DNA from: Lingula anatina
Lineage: Eukaryota; Animalia; Brachiopoda
DNA: 64,000 bases
Reading direction: 5' to 3'
Assembly (NCBI GenBank): GCA_051362555.1
Contig: CM120641.1
Coordinates: 12,090,001-12,154,000 of the forward strand
Shown here piece by piece: positions 13,418 through 45,339 of the stretch (the stretch's first letter is position 1; every line of letters starts with the position of its first letter). Both the position numbers and the translations under genes were made by a program. Under the pieces are notes generated by a model. It did not search any database. It was given only the letters and a program-made list of their open reading frames with translations, and was not told the DNA's origin.

Positions 13418-13998
13418 AAATTCGGTACTTTTGTAGTATACCCCCCACCCTGTAACTTTCTGTAACTTTCACTTTTCATAGTTTTTTTTACATTTTCTTG
13501 ATCATCTACGTCAAAGCTGTTGAAATAAAATACTTTTGTAATTGCCTGTAGTCTTTTTATCAGTTTTAATCACGTTTTATCCAGCTCATTGAAATACAAT
13601 GTGAAAATGTACAATGCACCTGCAGTCAATAACTTGCCGCGTTTTCGTTGGCTAACTCTAAGGTAATTTTATGTGAACATAAGATTTATACATTGTATAC
13701 TTGGACTTCCTCTGTGAAAATATTATGAGCTACTTGTTCACATAAAATTACCTTAGAGTTAGCCAACGGAAACGTGGCAAGTTATTGACTGCAGGTGTAT
13801 TGTAGATTCTCACATTGTATTTCAAAGGGCTGGATTAAACGTGATTTAAACTAATAAAAAGACCACAGGTAATTACAAAAGTATTTTATTTCAACAGCTT
13901 TGATGCAGATGAACAAGAAAATGTAAAAAAAACTCTATGAAAAGTGAAAGTTACAGAAAGTTACAGGGTGGGGGGTATACTACAAAAGTACCAAAAAT
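13418..13998. mobile_element. Foldback/MITE-like element with ~265-bp imperfect inverted arms and ~50-bp spacer
   Basis: ggtacttttgtagtataccccccaccctgtaactttctg...gtaattttatgtgaaca (to 13679) is the reverse complement of tgttcacataaaattac...cagggtggggggtatactacaaaagtacc (from 13735). TSD not resolved. Confidence 0.8.
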
Positions 13999-14379
13999 TC
14001 TACCACTATGTTCACTTCACATCATGAACATTATTTCATCTTGGAAAAATTCCAGAATCAAAATTCAAACTGTATATTCATGCCTAGCTCCTTTGTATAT
14101 TATGAGACAAACTTCAAAGTCCTATGGCATATTAAAGGGGGTGAAAATCAAGTGGGGCAACTTTTGACTAATTTTTGAAATGGCATCTGAAAAAATGACA
14201 CTGACAGATTAAGTGTCACTAAAACTTGTATAACTTTGAGATAAATGACATAGCTAAAAAAATTTAACGGCTTATTCATACTTAAATATGTAGCTATCTG
14301 TATTGAATTTCAAGGTTCTAGCTTAACTAAGAAAAAAATCATGTGCGGACCTTACCCTAGTACCGTAAGACAACCTAAT

Positions 14380-14666
14380 GGATTCTTTATTGATACACCT
14401 TCACAAATAAGGTACAATCAAAGACAATTACATCTAACTACAACAGTACAAACAAGTATATAAATAAATATACATGATTTCAATGTTTACATGTAGCATA
14501 AGATCAATAAGTTAATTTATAAGAAGTTATATATGGAATGTATGATGATAATCTATACATGTAGGTGATGAATTAGAATGAGTACATAGGAGAGAGTACA
14601 ATGTATTATGAGAGGGCCTGTTCTCTTTGTTTTAAGCATCTATTTACAAAACAACCATTCTAAGAA
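14380..14666 (-). mobile_element. 5'-truncated copy (3' end) of the LINE at 15709-16505
   Basis: Near-identical reverse complement of 16216-16505, including the terminal tatcaataaagaatcc. Confidence 0.85.
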
Positions 14667-14669
14667 GAT

Positions 14670-15285
14670 TCTCGTTCTGCCAGTAACGGAGTAAGACCGC
14701 CGTGAAATCATACAGCCTTTGAAGAAAGGATTGAAGCGGTCACCAACAGGTCTTTTAGTACCTTTTTATACTAACCTCTTTGTATTTATTGGATGAATGT
14801 CGGCTTAAACGGATGATTCTCTCTTAAGTAGTACAAGAATGTACCTTTTACTTCGTTTCACGGTCTCAAACCTCAAACCTAACTGTTACAACGTTAGATG
14901 GCGCTGTATCTCAAGCTAAAATCTTATATGACGGAATAACGTTAGATCTTAGATCTATGTTTCGGATATCAAATGTTCTGTGAGACAAATTTGGATATTC
15001 ACTAAAATCAAGTTAGTTGCTGCACTTGTTTTGCATATTACTGAAATGACAGATTAAAAAAAGCAATGCTGTCTTTCTTGTTTGACCCACATTTGACGGT
15101 CGCTGCGGCCTCTGCTGCATCTGACGATGGGCCCGTCTGTTTAGATGAACAAGACTGTCGAAACTTGTTTCCTTTTTGGAAAATGCCAACATAGATTCTT
15201 AGCTCTAGGTAAAGGAAGGAAGTCTGTATTCTTGCAGTGGTCTGCAGGCTTTGGATTGAGAGAGACCATAAAGTTTGGCGTTCAG
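14670..15285. promoter_or_regulatory. Probable bidirectional promoter / first-exon region for MRPL14 and TMEM63
   Basis: CpG-richer segment between two divergent genes, with a strong plus-strand donor CAG|gtaagt at 15285/6. Transcription starts are not determinable from sequence. Confidence 0.45.
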
Positions 15286-15708
15286 GTAAGTCTTCTTGAA
15301 AGATGCCGAAGCAATTACAACGCTGTTGATAATGTTATGTCACTAATGATGGAGTACAGGATAAGATTTATCATTTAGATTTAGTTTGGGAGGGCAGGTA
15401 CGCTTCTCAAAAAATGCCCTTAAAACTTATCCTTTATTTGGACCCATTAAGGATCCAAATCAAGGGTAACGTTTGATGTATAATGGCACCATAACAAAAA
15501 AATGTTATCTGTAATACCCAATTGCAGTCATCCTAAAATGCTCAATAGAGCGCAAAACAACGCAAAAATAATAATAATAATAATAAAATGAATAAATAAT
15601 TAAAAACAGTCCAGTTACAATAAGTAAACACCAGAAACATCCATTTGCATGAAAAGAGGGTAATATAAAAGCATACGTAATGTGATACTAGACCTGTAAT
15701 TAATATCA

Positions 15709-16505
15709 TTGACCCAACTTATGGTAGGAGTCGTCCATGGTATTTCCAAGAAGAGTCACTCACCAACATGGCAGACAACTCAGATAGCTCAGACCTTGAC
15801 CAAAAAGTCTCTGCACTCTGCATATCAGGACCAGTGGGCTACATTGATGAGCAGAACGGGTAGTGATAATATACCAGTACTAAGAACCTATGTTAGATTT
15901 AAGAAGGAATTTGTGTGTGAAAATTACACCCACATGGCCCCAAAAAATATCAGAGCTAATTACTGCAAATTACGTGTGAGCGCCCACAATCTCTCTATTG
16001 AACGGGGCAGGTACTGCAAGCCAAAAATCCCTGCAGAGTTGAGATTGTGCAAACTTTGTGATTCGAATAAAGTAGAAGATGAGTTCCACCTCCTGCTAGA
16101 GTGAAAAGCATAATTCAATACGTGATTCCTTCAGAGGGCAGCTGTTCCTACCTCTAGGCGACCTCAGCAATCATAAACTGTTTCATCTTCTTATGGGTGC
16201 TCAAGACATAGACATTCTTAGAATGGTTATGTGTTTTGTAAATAGATGCTTAAAACAAAGAGAACAGGCCCTATCATAATACATTGTACTCTCTCCTATG
16301 TACTCATTCTAATTCATCACCTACATGTATAGATTATCATCATACATTCCATATATAACTTCTTATAAATTAACTTATTGATCTTATGCTACATGTAAAC
16401 ATTGAAATCATGTATATTTATTTATATACTTGTTTGTACTGTTGTAGTTAGATGTAATTGTCTTTAATTGTACTTTATTTATGAAGGTGTATCAATAAAG
16501 AATCC
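15709..16505 (+). mobile_element. Non-LTR retrotransposon 3' fragment (ORF2 C-terminal Cys/His region plus 3'UTR), degenerate
   Basis: LRTY..FK..F..ENY...KLRVSAHNLSIERGRY....RLCKLC....VEDEFHLLLE is a typical post-RT C-terminal segment of invertebrate LINEs. It has a stop where the conserved Cys is expected and ends in AATAAA. Clade not assignable by eye. Confidence 0.85.
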
Positions 16506-19500
16506 AACTCAGCGATAAGGAAATATGTTGGATCAACGATTTCAGTTACCTAGTTTGTATGTAATATAATGTAAAAGGTAATGATTCCTTTTTTTTTTTC
16601 AATTGAAATATCATTTTAATTTCCTTACATGTATGATTCCATGAGAAGAAGAGGAAATTAATGCAGTTAAGATGACTAGGTAGACTGAAAAGTCTTCTTT
16701 TGTTTTGATACATATTGACCAAGTCCAATGAAAATTGTGAGAGAAAATAACCCTTTTAAATTGTTTTTTAAATGCCCCTACAAGCTGGGTTTGTATTTTT
16801 AATTGTCTTATAAAAATGGCTTAGATAAGAATCTGAAATTTTATATCTGTTATTAGAAAATAAGTGCAAAAATAGCTGTTACAGGCAAAAATTTAGCATT
16901 CATATCAAAATGTGTGGCCTCAGTTGCTGAAAGCAATTAATATGTCCTTCAAAAAATGATGGAGCAGAAAATTAAAACAATTAGTAGTAGGTACAAGTCG
17001 AAAGATCCTGCAAATAAGTCCACCACTGGGCATACACCATGTGTTGTTTTGGAGGCTCATATGCTATTGATTATCATAAGCAAATAAAGACCTGTCCACT
17101 AGATGTCTCCCCAAGCATTATTTATTGATTCCCTTGTGTTATGACTAGCACTAATATTGTCATTAAGCTCACCCATTGATTACTCCTCCATTTTTACTAT
17201 ACTTTTCCCTGCAACCAAGCCAGTTGTTTCCGTGTGATCTTGATGAATTATCCAGGTAAACTCTGGAGAAAGAAGGCAAACATATGGCAAGAAAACCATA
17301 GGAGCCTGGAGTACTTGTGAATAACATTAGCATGTGGAATGAGCTGAAATTACATTGGTAGCTCATGAAAGTTGCACTTTTGTTCTTGGTGTTATACAAT
17401 CATAATGCAGGTTGGATTGTGATACTGTTGAATGACTGTTTCTTTGTTCTGTTTACAGCTTAAAAACTTGCCAAGGTGTTGAAATGGTTTGATTTAAGGA
17501 AAAGAAGAGAAGAGATACAGTGACATACACACCTTTTATGTGAGTATGAACATGTTACATATTTGTATCGGTCAGACTAAGTTTCTTTTTATGTTCAATG
17601 TATAAGCAATCAATCATGTTGTATGATCATTTACTCTGTCAAAATCAAGATAACAAATATGGGATGTTGTGATTATAAACTTTTAGTAAATTTTATTAAA
17701 TTCTGGTGAAGAAAAAAACAGCTGGTTCCATTACCGTGCCATTTCCATAAGTCTTTTTAACCTTAAATATACATGATAGAGATTTCTTCCTGTGTGACTC
17801 ATTAGTTATTGGCGTACTGTACAGCTGATAAAGACTTGTAGTTTTCTTAGGTATGAATTTTCAGTTTCATTTGACAGCGTTTGTTGTATAAAAATTGTTA
17901 GCTATTGAAGTCATTTTACAAAAAGGGGTCAAATGTTTGAAGTACTTGAAATAAACATGTTGGTAACTGGTCCATGTATTGTTGATAAGATAACATTTTC
18001 TGATATTACTGCCTCTTGAAAGAAAAGCATTATTTCATGCTGCAAGGATGAATTTCTTATTAACATTAATGCAATGCCTGCTGCTGTTACCAGCAACTGA
18101 ACTATTCATGCACTTATTGGAAACAGCATGTTATCTTATATTTGAGGCTGAACTACTTGTGGCTCAATTAATCCACGCTGTCAGGGAGTTGTCTGGAGGC
18201 CTGCTTAGACTGGGTTTTTGTAGAAATTGACCCATTTTAGGTCATTATAAGAAGACCAAGGGCCAGTACCATTTAGCCATTATTCTTTTATATATTAATA
18301 TTAAACCAGCCTGTGTTTGAAATTAAGATTTAATAAATAACCTCATAAAATAAGTTGCTGATAGGGTTTGTAAAACCTATCCCAAGTTATTGTGAGACCT
18401 AGTTGTTGCTTGATATGGGCTAGTCGACCTGCTTCTGGTTTCTAAGTATTTCTTTTTGAAGCCTTGAGAGGGTCCCATATATCATGTACAGATCAGGTTT
18501 AAATTGAGCATTTATCCTTGGGCATTTCTTTATTATCATACTATCCCAATTAAGGTTTTATCTTTAAAGATTGAATTTAATATTGTATGGGTTTTGTTGT
18601 TGGGCAGCAAAACTGAATGTACACTGCAACTACTGCAGTATAATTTTTGCACTTTGGCTAGCATAAGTCAATTGCTAATTTTTAAAAAAAATCTTTGTCT
18701 TAAAGAATTAATCTAACTAACACTCAATAGGAATGTTCTGATTTAAAGAAATTATGACTTAAAAAATACAGTAATCTTTAATATTCACAATTTCCCCCAT
18801 TGAAAAGATTGAGTAATTACCATATTAATACATGATTGTCACTTCTGCATTAAACACATGTGCTTTATACATTTTCAACTTATGATTAATTTTAGAAGTG
18901 TTTTTCTAATGTAGATTTCATGGCAAAGAGAAGTTTTGGACATTTTGATAACTATATGTTGGCACCTCCAAATCAATTATCTAGAATGACATATTTTAAT
19001 ATTTTCAAATTATTTAAAGGAGTTCCGTGCATTTGCCTCAAAGGAAACAATTTCCAGATACGATGTTAATGACGGATGTTTGATTCATCCCCAGTGTTTT
19101 ATTTTCCAGAATTTTGAGCTTTTGCAGCAATTTGTTGTAAAACCCCTTTCTCCAGTGCAAATAGATAAACAGATCACATGATTTTAAGCTGACATGATAA
19201 AAATTCCTTGCATAGTGATGCAACTAAGTTTTTACAAATCAAGCAAGTAAATGTCTGTCTGAACATACTAGAACTTTTATGTGATAATCATCGTCTTTCC
19301 TTCGTATTACACATTTCAAATGAAGTTACAAGGACAGATGGTGGGTTGTTTGAGAAATGATAGAAAAATCAATATGGGTTAGAAATATGCAGGAAATTGA
19401 GCTTGTAGAACAAACTTAATGAGAGTGCCTTTAGTCTCCTTATCTCAACACTTTTGAACACATATATGAAAGGATTTCATGGGATTAATTAGTGGATTAC

Positions 19501-19753
19501 ATTTGATGAGATATTTATGTATATTAGGGTTAGTTTACTTATATAAAAAGATTTTTGGTGGGCAGTAAGGAAATCATACACTTCTACAGCAATCACTTGC
19601 CTATGAAACAAAATGATATTGTAGAATTGAATTACTATATTTTATGGTGTAAACATGCAACATTGTAGTCATTTATCCAGCATTGTTTGTATAATTTGCA
19701 CATATATATATTTATTTGTTTGCAGTGTGGTATAGAACATCATAAACCCAGTC

Positions 19754-38382
<18,629 letters not shown>

Positions 38383-40858
38383 TCATTTACATGCAGTTTT
38401 AGGACCATTCAGTTCCAGGAGGGGAAATTTGAAAGGGTTCAATATTTTTTTGTTGTCAGTGAAGGGAATTAATTGTGATATTCCCCCAGGCTGCAATGTG
38501 AAGCAGTTATTTTTCTATCCCTCATAGTGGATGGACTTGAACTTGTTAGCTTTAGCAGTGAGCAATTGCATTTGATGTTAATTGTTAATGCGACTGTATT
38601 TATGATTTTTGTTTGTAATGACATCTTTCAAACATTTTTAGTTTTATAATTTTCATAGTAATTTTTGTGTTAGAGTGAAACAACTGTTAATGTGTTTATC
38701 CATGGAATTTATTCCAGACCATAATATGGTTAAATATTAGAAAATATATGACTATGTATTATAACTTACAATATATTTAAGATTTGCTGGTAAAAAGAAT
38801 CTGTTTGTGAATTTAAGAATTCCAATTAAGTACAGATCTTTTCTTATCATACTTATAAAGTTTGCTTATTTTGCCAATGTTTAATGTGCAATAGTATTCT
38901 TGTTTATCTCATATTATTTAATATATTTAATTTTGTTATTCATTAACTTTTAAGCTACTTGAAGAATAGCTTATGTGAGACTAGTACTGTCATGGATTTA
39001 GTTTGTTGGGTGCGTTAAGATAAGTTATGTGATTGATATATTTATTGTGACTTTTTGCATCTCTGTTATTTTCATGGGAAATGAATGGTGAGAATGAATG
39101 TGTAGTGCAAAGCCTTTTTGGATCACATTATACCTGCCATGTTATCGCACCAAGTCTGTGTTCACTGCAGGATTATATAAAATAGAAAAAGAGGCATTTG
39201 ATCTTTGATCTTACTTACAATCTCATAGATGTGAAGCTGTCGTCAGTAATTATAATAATAACAACTTTCTCCCAAAACTATGTCTGTTATACGTTATAGT
39301 ACAATTTAACACGTGTAAATATATTTATTGCTCGAGTGCAGGTTTCTGTGTGTATGGAATGGAGCGAAAACTAAACTCGTGTTCACTTTTGGGTTTCCAA
39401 AACTGCGTGTAACGTCGGTCTACTAACTGTACGCCGGCAACGGCACGTCGAAAGTGGGGAAAAAAAGCGAATGTAAATAGCACGAAAAAAAGCGAATGTA
39501 AATAACACGTAAATGGTTTAATGGAAATTCTGATTTCAATCAAAGCCTGCTTATATTAAAAGCAAACTTGCCTTCATAATTTTTCTTGTAGGAACTTTTG
39601 GGGATATTTTCAATTTTTTATTTTTCGGAAGTACAGAATATTGGAGGCGCTTATTTAATTTTAACAATGGTTAAAAGATGCGATTCTGGGCCAAAAGAAA
39701 GGAAATGAACTAATGAATTTTTGTGGATTCATCAATTTGCATTTATGTCCTGCGTGGCAGAAGCCGGGGTGGTACCATGCAAATTTCTTGCTATACCCTA
39801 TTTTACTTATTGCCCTAAAATGACTAGTTTCTAGCATTAACACACTCGAAAATACGCTTTAAAATGTACAAAAAAAAACAGTTATCTTCACTTGCTTTTA
39901 TTAGGCTTACATGCATTTTCTTGCATTTCTACCTCCAGTAAGAAACGAGATTTTTGGAAGAGGCAAAACTTTTATTACTCAAAGTTTAACTTATATGCCT
40001 TAAATATAGTCACAGAACAGACCCAATATACTGTCCTTTTTATTTGGTTAATATCCGGTAACACAAGCACAAAATCGTTTTATGAATAGCATGTTTAACA
40101 GTAAATTTGTGGCCCAGTGTTATCGACTGTTAGTATTACGCTTGTATAATGACTGAGATAATGATTAGTTAGCAACAACATCATGACCAGTAGAATAATC
40201 GATGAGCAATTAATGGTTCCTGAAAATGATGCAACTCTGTTCTCAGGCGTAAATAACCGTACGTTAGAGAAATGCATAGAGGACAACGGGATATCGATTG
40301 AAGTTAAAAGTGGTAATTTATTGGTCCTAAATAGTCGCATTGCTTTTTCAATTGCACGGTGTCAATTAAATCTTTTTCTACACTCAAAAGGCAATATCCA
40401 AATGCTTTTCTACATGAAATTTTGAATTACGTTCGGTCCGAACGAGATTAAGTACTACGTATCGTCATTCGTATCGTATTTATAAGAGCAAGTGTACGAG
40501 AAATGTTATAAACATGGCGTGTGTTAGTAGTCAAGTAAAGTCCAATCAATTAATAACAATATTTACCTTACTTTGATACCTAATTATCACCTCCTATGAC
40601 TTTAAATACCAGAGAAAATCTAGAAATTATCCCATTATTAAAACCTCCTTAGTGCATTTCCATACAGGCAAGAATGACCTTTATACCAGTACATCGTGAA
40701 AACAGAGGGCTGACAATAGGAATTAGACTAACGCTTTCATTGCCTAGATTCCTATGATTCTCTTATCTACCGTAACTGATTCTATTATTATTACTGTTAC
40801 CAAACAGATAAGTATTAGCTACTGCCATTTACCTCTTTAGTCCTCCCAAGAACCTAGG

Positions 40859-41860
40859 ATGACGGCAAGCATACGAAAATTTTTGCGGTCTCTTACGATT
40901 CTTACAGCGTCGTCTATGATATTGTGCGAAGTTAAAACAAAAGAAAATTTGTGGTCAGTTCACAAAGGTTATTATATTAGAGCTGCTGCGAGTGGAATCC
41001 AAACAACGGAATCAGAAGACACTATAAGTTGCGCAATCTCATGTCAGCAAGAACCAAGTTGCTTAAGCGCTAATCATTTTGGAAATAACACGTGCCAACT
41101 TCTGTCATGCATTTCCAGCGTGAAGGACGCTTTACCAGGTGAAAGTGGGGACGAACTCATTACGCCGGTTCAGGTATGAAGTTTGACGAATATTAAAAAA
41201 AAACATATTCACTGTATTCATGTACCTGTGCCATTTTGTTGCGCAATCAAATTCGTCAAATACTTAAAACTAGAGTATTACATCAAAGACAACTAAAACT
41301 TACGAGGTCTCTCTCAGAAACGAAACATATTTGATGATTATCTTAACGCTTTTTCCGTTACAAAATGACCAATCAAAATGTATACGATGCATGCTATTGT
41401 TCTATATGAACCTCCACAGAGTGAGACCTTACTGTTAACTAACAGAGGTAATATAAGTAGTGGGAAGGCTAGGTGGTGTCATTACCAAACGAATACATAT
41501 TCACGATTCGAACCTGAACAATAGAACGAAAGGGCAAATGTTTAAAAACTTCCTTTGCGCATTTGTCTATTAATATAAACGATGAAGCTGTGTTTTTTTA
41601 GGAGAAGCCTCTGCAATGCGAACCTCTTTCATCTGCCAGCAATAACACAGGTATGTTCTCTATTCAGTTTTTTTTTAATTGTTGGACCTTTTCAAGAATT
41701 TTTAAAAGCCGGAATCAATGTTCTAAAATTGTGGCGTTTTGATCTTCACGTCGTATGCCAAAGTCTCATGGCACACGTATCCAGTGTTTGTTATTAATAA
41801 AATGGTTTATCATTTTGCACAATTTGTTTCAAACGAAGTACTAAAGATATTAAAAACGTG

Positions 41861-41945
<85 letters not shown>

Positions 41946-43711
41946 TTATTTATCGACTACTATCAGTGTCGCCATTCGGTTTACCGCTTGTCCCGTACTA
42001 GAATTTCGATGGATTTATTTTTATGTCAAAATTATAGCGACATGATTTTGAACTAAGAAATGGATGATAAAAATAAGTAATATGTAACACCCCATTCCGC
42101 ATCGATTAAAAAGACTACTATTTATGCTCTCATTTGATCCTTTTAAAGATTTGAATATAGAGAAAAGAAAACAAAGCGTAATTCTTGTGCATACCAAAGT
42201 CTTAAACAAAGCATTTAAATGGGTAAATATTTTCATTGCTGCAGAGATATTTATCAGTTAATTGGATGGTTTATGATCTTGTAATAACAAAATTATGAAT
42301 AACATCAAATGTATGGAATCCTCTGTTGCCACAGCTAGATGATACCCGTTAATGTCACCTATACTACCATTGATCTCTCAGGTGATTTATTTACAGACAA
42401 TTATCTGTTACGCTTGAGCTGATACAATGTTGTTTCCTTGCTCAACTAACAATGTTACATAGGACAGTATGATTATAGAAAGGGTAACAGGGCTATTTAG
42501 CGTTTGACGACAGTTTGTGGTCAGTATTAAATCATCGATATCTATTTGAGGATGTTGTCCTAAGTAAATGAATGTCACTACAACAATTAATACATTCATT
42601 CATTCATTTTTCAGCTGTAGAATTTACCCATCGATCAGCTTCAAAGTGGATCCGTTTGGTTCCAAAACGATGCACCCCTAGTCTGGGAGCACTGACGGCC
42701 TGTCTGTGGATAAAATACAATCCAATTCTCAATGCTACGAAAACCACGCTCCTTTCATATGCGACTACAACGTACACCAAGGCCTTTGTGCTTCTGTTTG
42801 AAGACGAAGAGCTAGTGATACGTATTAACTCTCACTCACATCTCTTTGGCCGTCTAACGCTGTCCAACAGCACTTTCTCCGACAACGCCTGGCACTACCT
42901 GTGCGTTTCGTGGGCAAGCAGTGACGGAAGTTGGCACTTCTATCTTAATGGCAGCCTGGCGTCCCAAGGGACAGGGTACGACGTAGGAGAGGTGTTGGAA
43001 TCTGGTAAGAGTATACTTTTTAGAAATTTTAATTATCTTAAAAGAGGGAAGACATGGACTGCACTGGTCTATACTGGGACTTGTTTCACTAAAACGCTTA
43101 AACCTCAAATTCGGTTTAAACTTTTAGGTCAAAATCTTATTTGAGCCAAGTGAAACCACCACTAATCCAATTAAAAATGAGTACTTCATTTAAGTGGAAC
43201 ACTGCATCCTTTTAAAAGGAAAAGGATATCTTATGTCTCAGATCAGTACCTACTTAAATACTTTAATCGGGCCACTAGGGCTTTATCTTTAACTGTAATA
43301 AATCAAATACTGGTCTAACAGTTTAGATCAATTCTAGGGCTTGAGTTCTTTTACGAAACACTACTCAGATTACTTCTACTGAGAAACATGCAGTAGCTTA
43401 AATTTATTTTCATATTAGATATATCAGTAGGCCTACCTAAGTATGCAGGTCTAAGTATACATTCACCTTGATTTTCAGATGGTGCATGGGTAGTAGGCCA
43501 GGACCAGAACAGTGTGGGAAGTGGTTTTGACCACAGACAAGCATTCAAAGGTTTTGTGTCCTCTGTCGCCATCTGGGACCACGTGGTGAACATAACCAAC
43601 TGCGGGCTGTGTTGCCAAGGTAACCTGATCACGTGCCCGTATTTTAGTTCGTCTGAAGTCGAACTCAGCGATGCCGTCAGTGTTAACGACGACGGACCAA
43701 ACAATTGTTAG
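40859..43711 (+). CDS. Secreted PAN/Apple-domain + pentraxin-domain protein, 328 aa; exons 40859-41173, 41602-41650, 42615-43004, 43479-43711
   Basis: Signal-like N-terminus; SCAISCQQEPSCLSANH....CQL (PAN/Apple); LTACLWI, LLSYAT, WHYLCVSWASSDGSWHFYLNG and VVGQDQNSVGSGFD..QAFKG....VAIWD (pentraxin). Splice phases are consistent. Confidence 0.88.
41872..41940. repeat. (TA)n microsatellite
   Basis: Directly visible. Confidence 0.98.
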
Positions 43712-43734
43712 AGACGTTCACCATTGTTCACTTT

Positions 43735-44050
43735 CAGGCCTACCCAACTGCCAGACTCGGCACCGAATGATCCTGAATTCACCGGTATATCAGACCACAC
43801 TACCCGTTTTCAAGGTGTGTGTCAGATCGCATTACACAGGGTATGCCCTGAACAAATTTTGAGTGGTGATGCAATGCTTTTCAACCCCGCTGAGAATCGT
43901 CACTATCACATCGCATACTAGGCAAGAGCGATGTCGCGTCTGATACTGTGTAATACGATCTGACAAACACCTTGAAAACGGTTAGTGTGGTCTGATCTAC
44001 CGGTGAATTCAGGATCATTCGGTGTCGAGTCTGGTAGTTGGGTAGGCCTG
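43735..44050. mobile_element. MITE with ~105-bp TIRs (CAGGCCTACCCAACT...) and 5-bp TSD ACTTT
   Basis: The arms are near-perfect reverse complements; acttt sits at both 43730-43734 and 44051-44055. Confidence 0.9.
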
Positions 44051-45339
44051 ACTTTGGCTTTCTAAGTGAAGCAAAAAAGAAAAATGGCACTACTAATCAA
44101 ACTCTGAACTTGCTGGCTTGGCTGTAAAACACTGACATTTTTGAAAATGTATTCACCATTTTTGAATTACACCCTTTACACTGGCGGATCCAGGATTTTA
44201 CTTAGGAGGAGTTTGCATTTGGGTACAAGGGTACAAAATGCTTAAGCGAAGTGCGACAAATATTAAACAGTATCTTTTACCATAATATGCAGGCTACATG
44301 TATAGATACTGCTTTTTTGTTTCGTTTCCTTTTGTTCACTCTGTTGATTTGCGAGGACGAAAAGGGGAAGGAGGTACATGTACTTAAAAACTAGTGGGCG
44401 GCAAGTGGCGGCTGTGCCCCCCCCCCCCTCCCCACCAGCCGGCAAAATAAAAACCAAAATCCATGGCGGAGCCAGGGGGATACAGTGAGCCACATGCCTC
44501 TCTCCTGGTGTCGGCTGTACCCCTTCTATTATAAACAAAGTAAACGAGACAAAGAAAAACAATGACCTACATGTATCTCTGATACGTATTTTAATTAAAC
44601 TTATATTACATTTTCCAATTTTCTTATGTCATAAATATACATGTAGTTAGACATAAATAGTAATAAAACAAAAACCACACTTATTGTCAGTCTTCACTGC
44701 TTAAGTTGACAGACCACCAGATGTAAACTTATTGTGAGTTAAAAAATATTAACTGTAACCATCACTATCAACTTAGACCTGTGAGAAATCCGCTTTCCAC
44801 TATTTCTCAGTTTAATCCCGAATCCTATAAACCTGCACCCACCGTTGAATGGCATCTATTCTCAGTTTCAATAAAAGCAATAACGCGATCCACTCCATGA
44901 TTCTCTGGGGCTAATGCCACAGCTTGTGAATTATACGTCATTCAGATTCACACATCGTACTAGCTGGGTCGGTTCCAAAATCACTTACTGCACCAGTTGT
45001 GTCATTAAATAACAGACACACATTCATAATACTGCTGATTGTTGTCTGGCCTAAATTTTTGCAATAGCTTATCAGCGAAGTATACTGATTTTCGGATATG
45101 AGATTGGCATACAGAATGGTTATTGGAATTAGCCTTTTGTGAAATAAAATGAAAGAAAAGAAATTTCTTATTGATATTGCAATATTCAAACTATATTGTA
45201 AAAAACTGTTTTGTGCGCCAAAAAAGAATTTTGAGATCTCTTGTGCGTACCAGACTACTTGTGTTCGAGTTCTCTAAGTAGTTTTTTCAGTTCAGGTCCT
45301 TTTTTCAATTTCATAGCAATCAAATCCATAAAGCAGCTC

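Noticed and set aside
39300-39520. CpG-rich patch with duplicated aaaaaagcgaatgtaaata
   Set aside because: Likely a short repeat remnant; no boundaries or RNA-gene structure supportable.
44181-44520. GC-rich ggcggatccagg / ggcggagccagg segments (similar start near 59786)
   Set aside because: Probably decayed transposon ends, but I could not define paired TIRs or a TSD.
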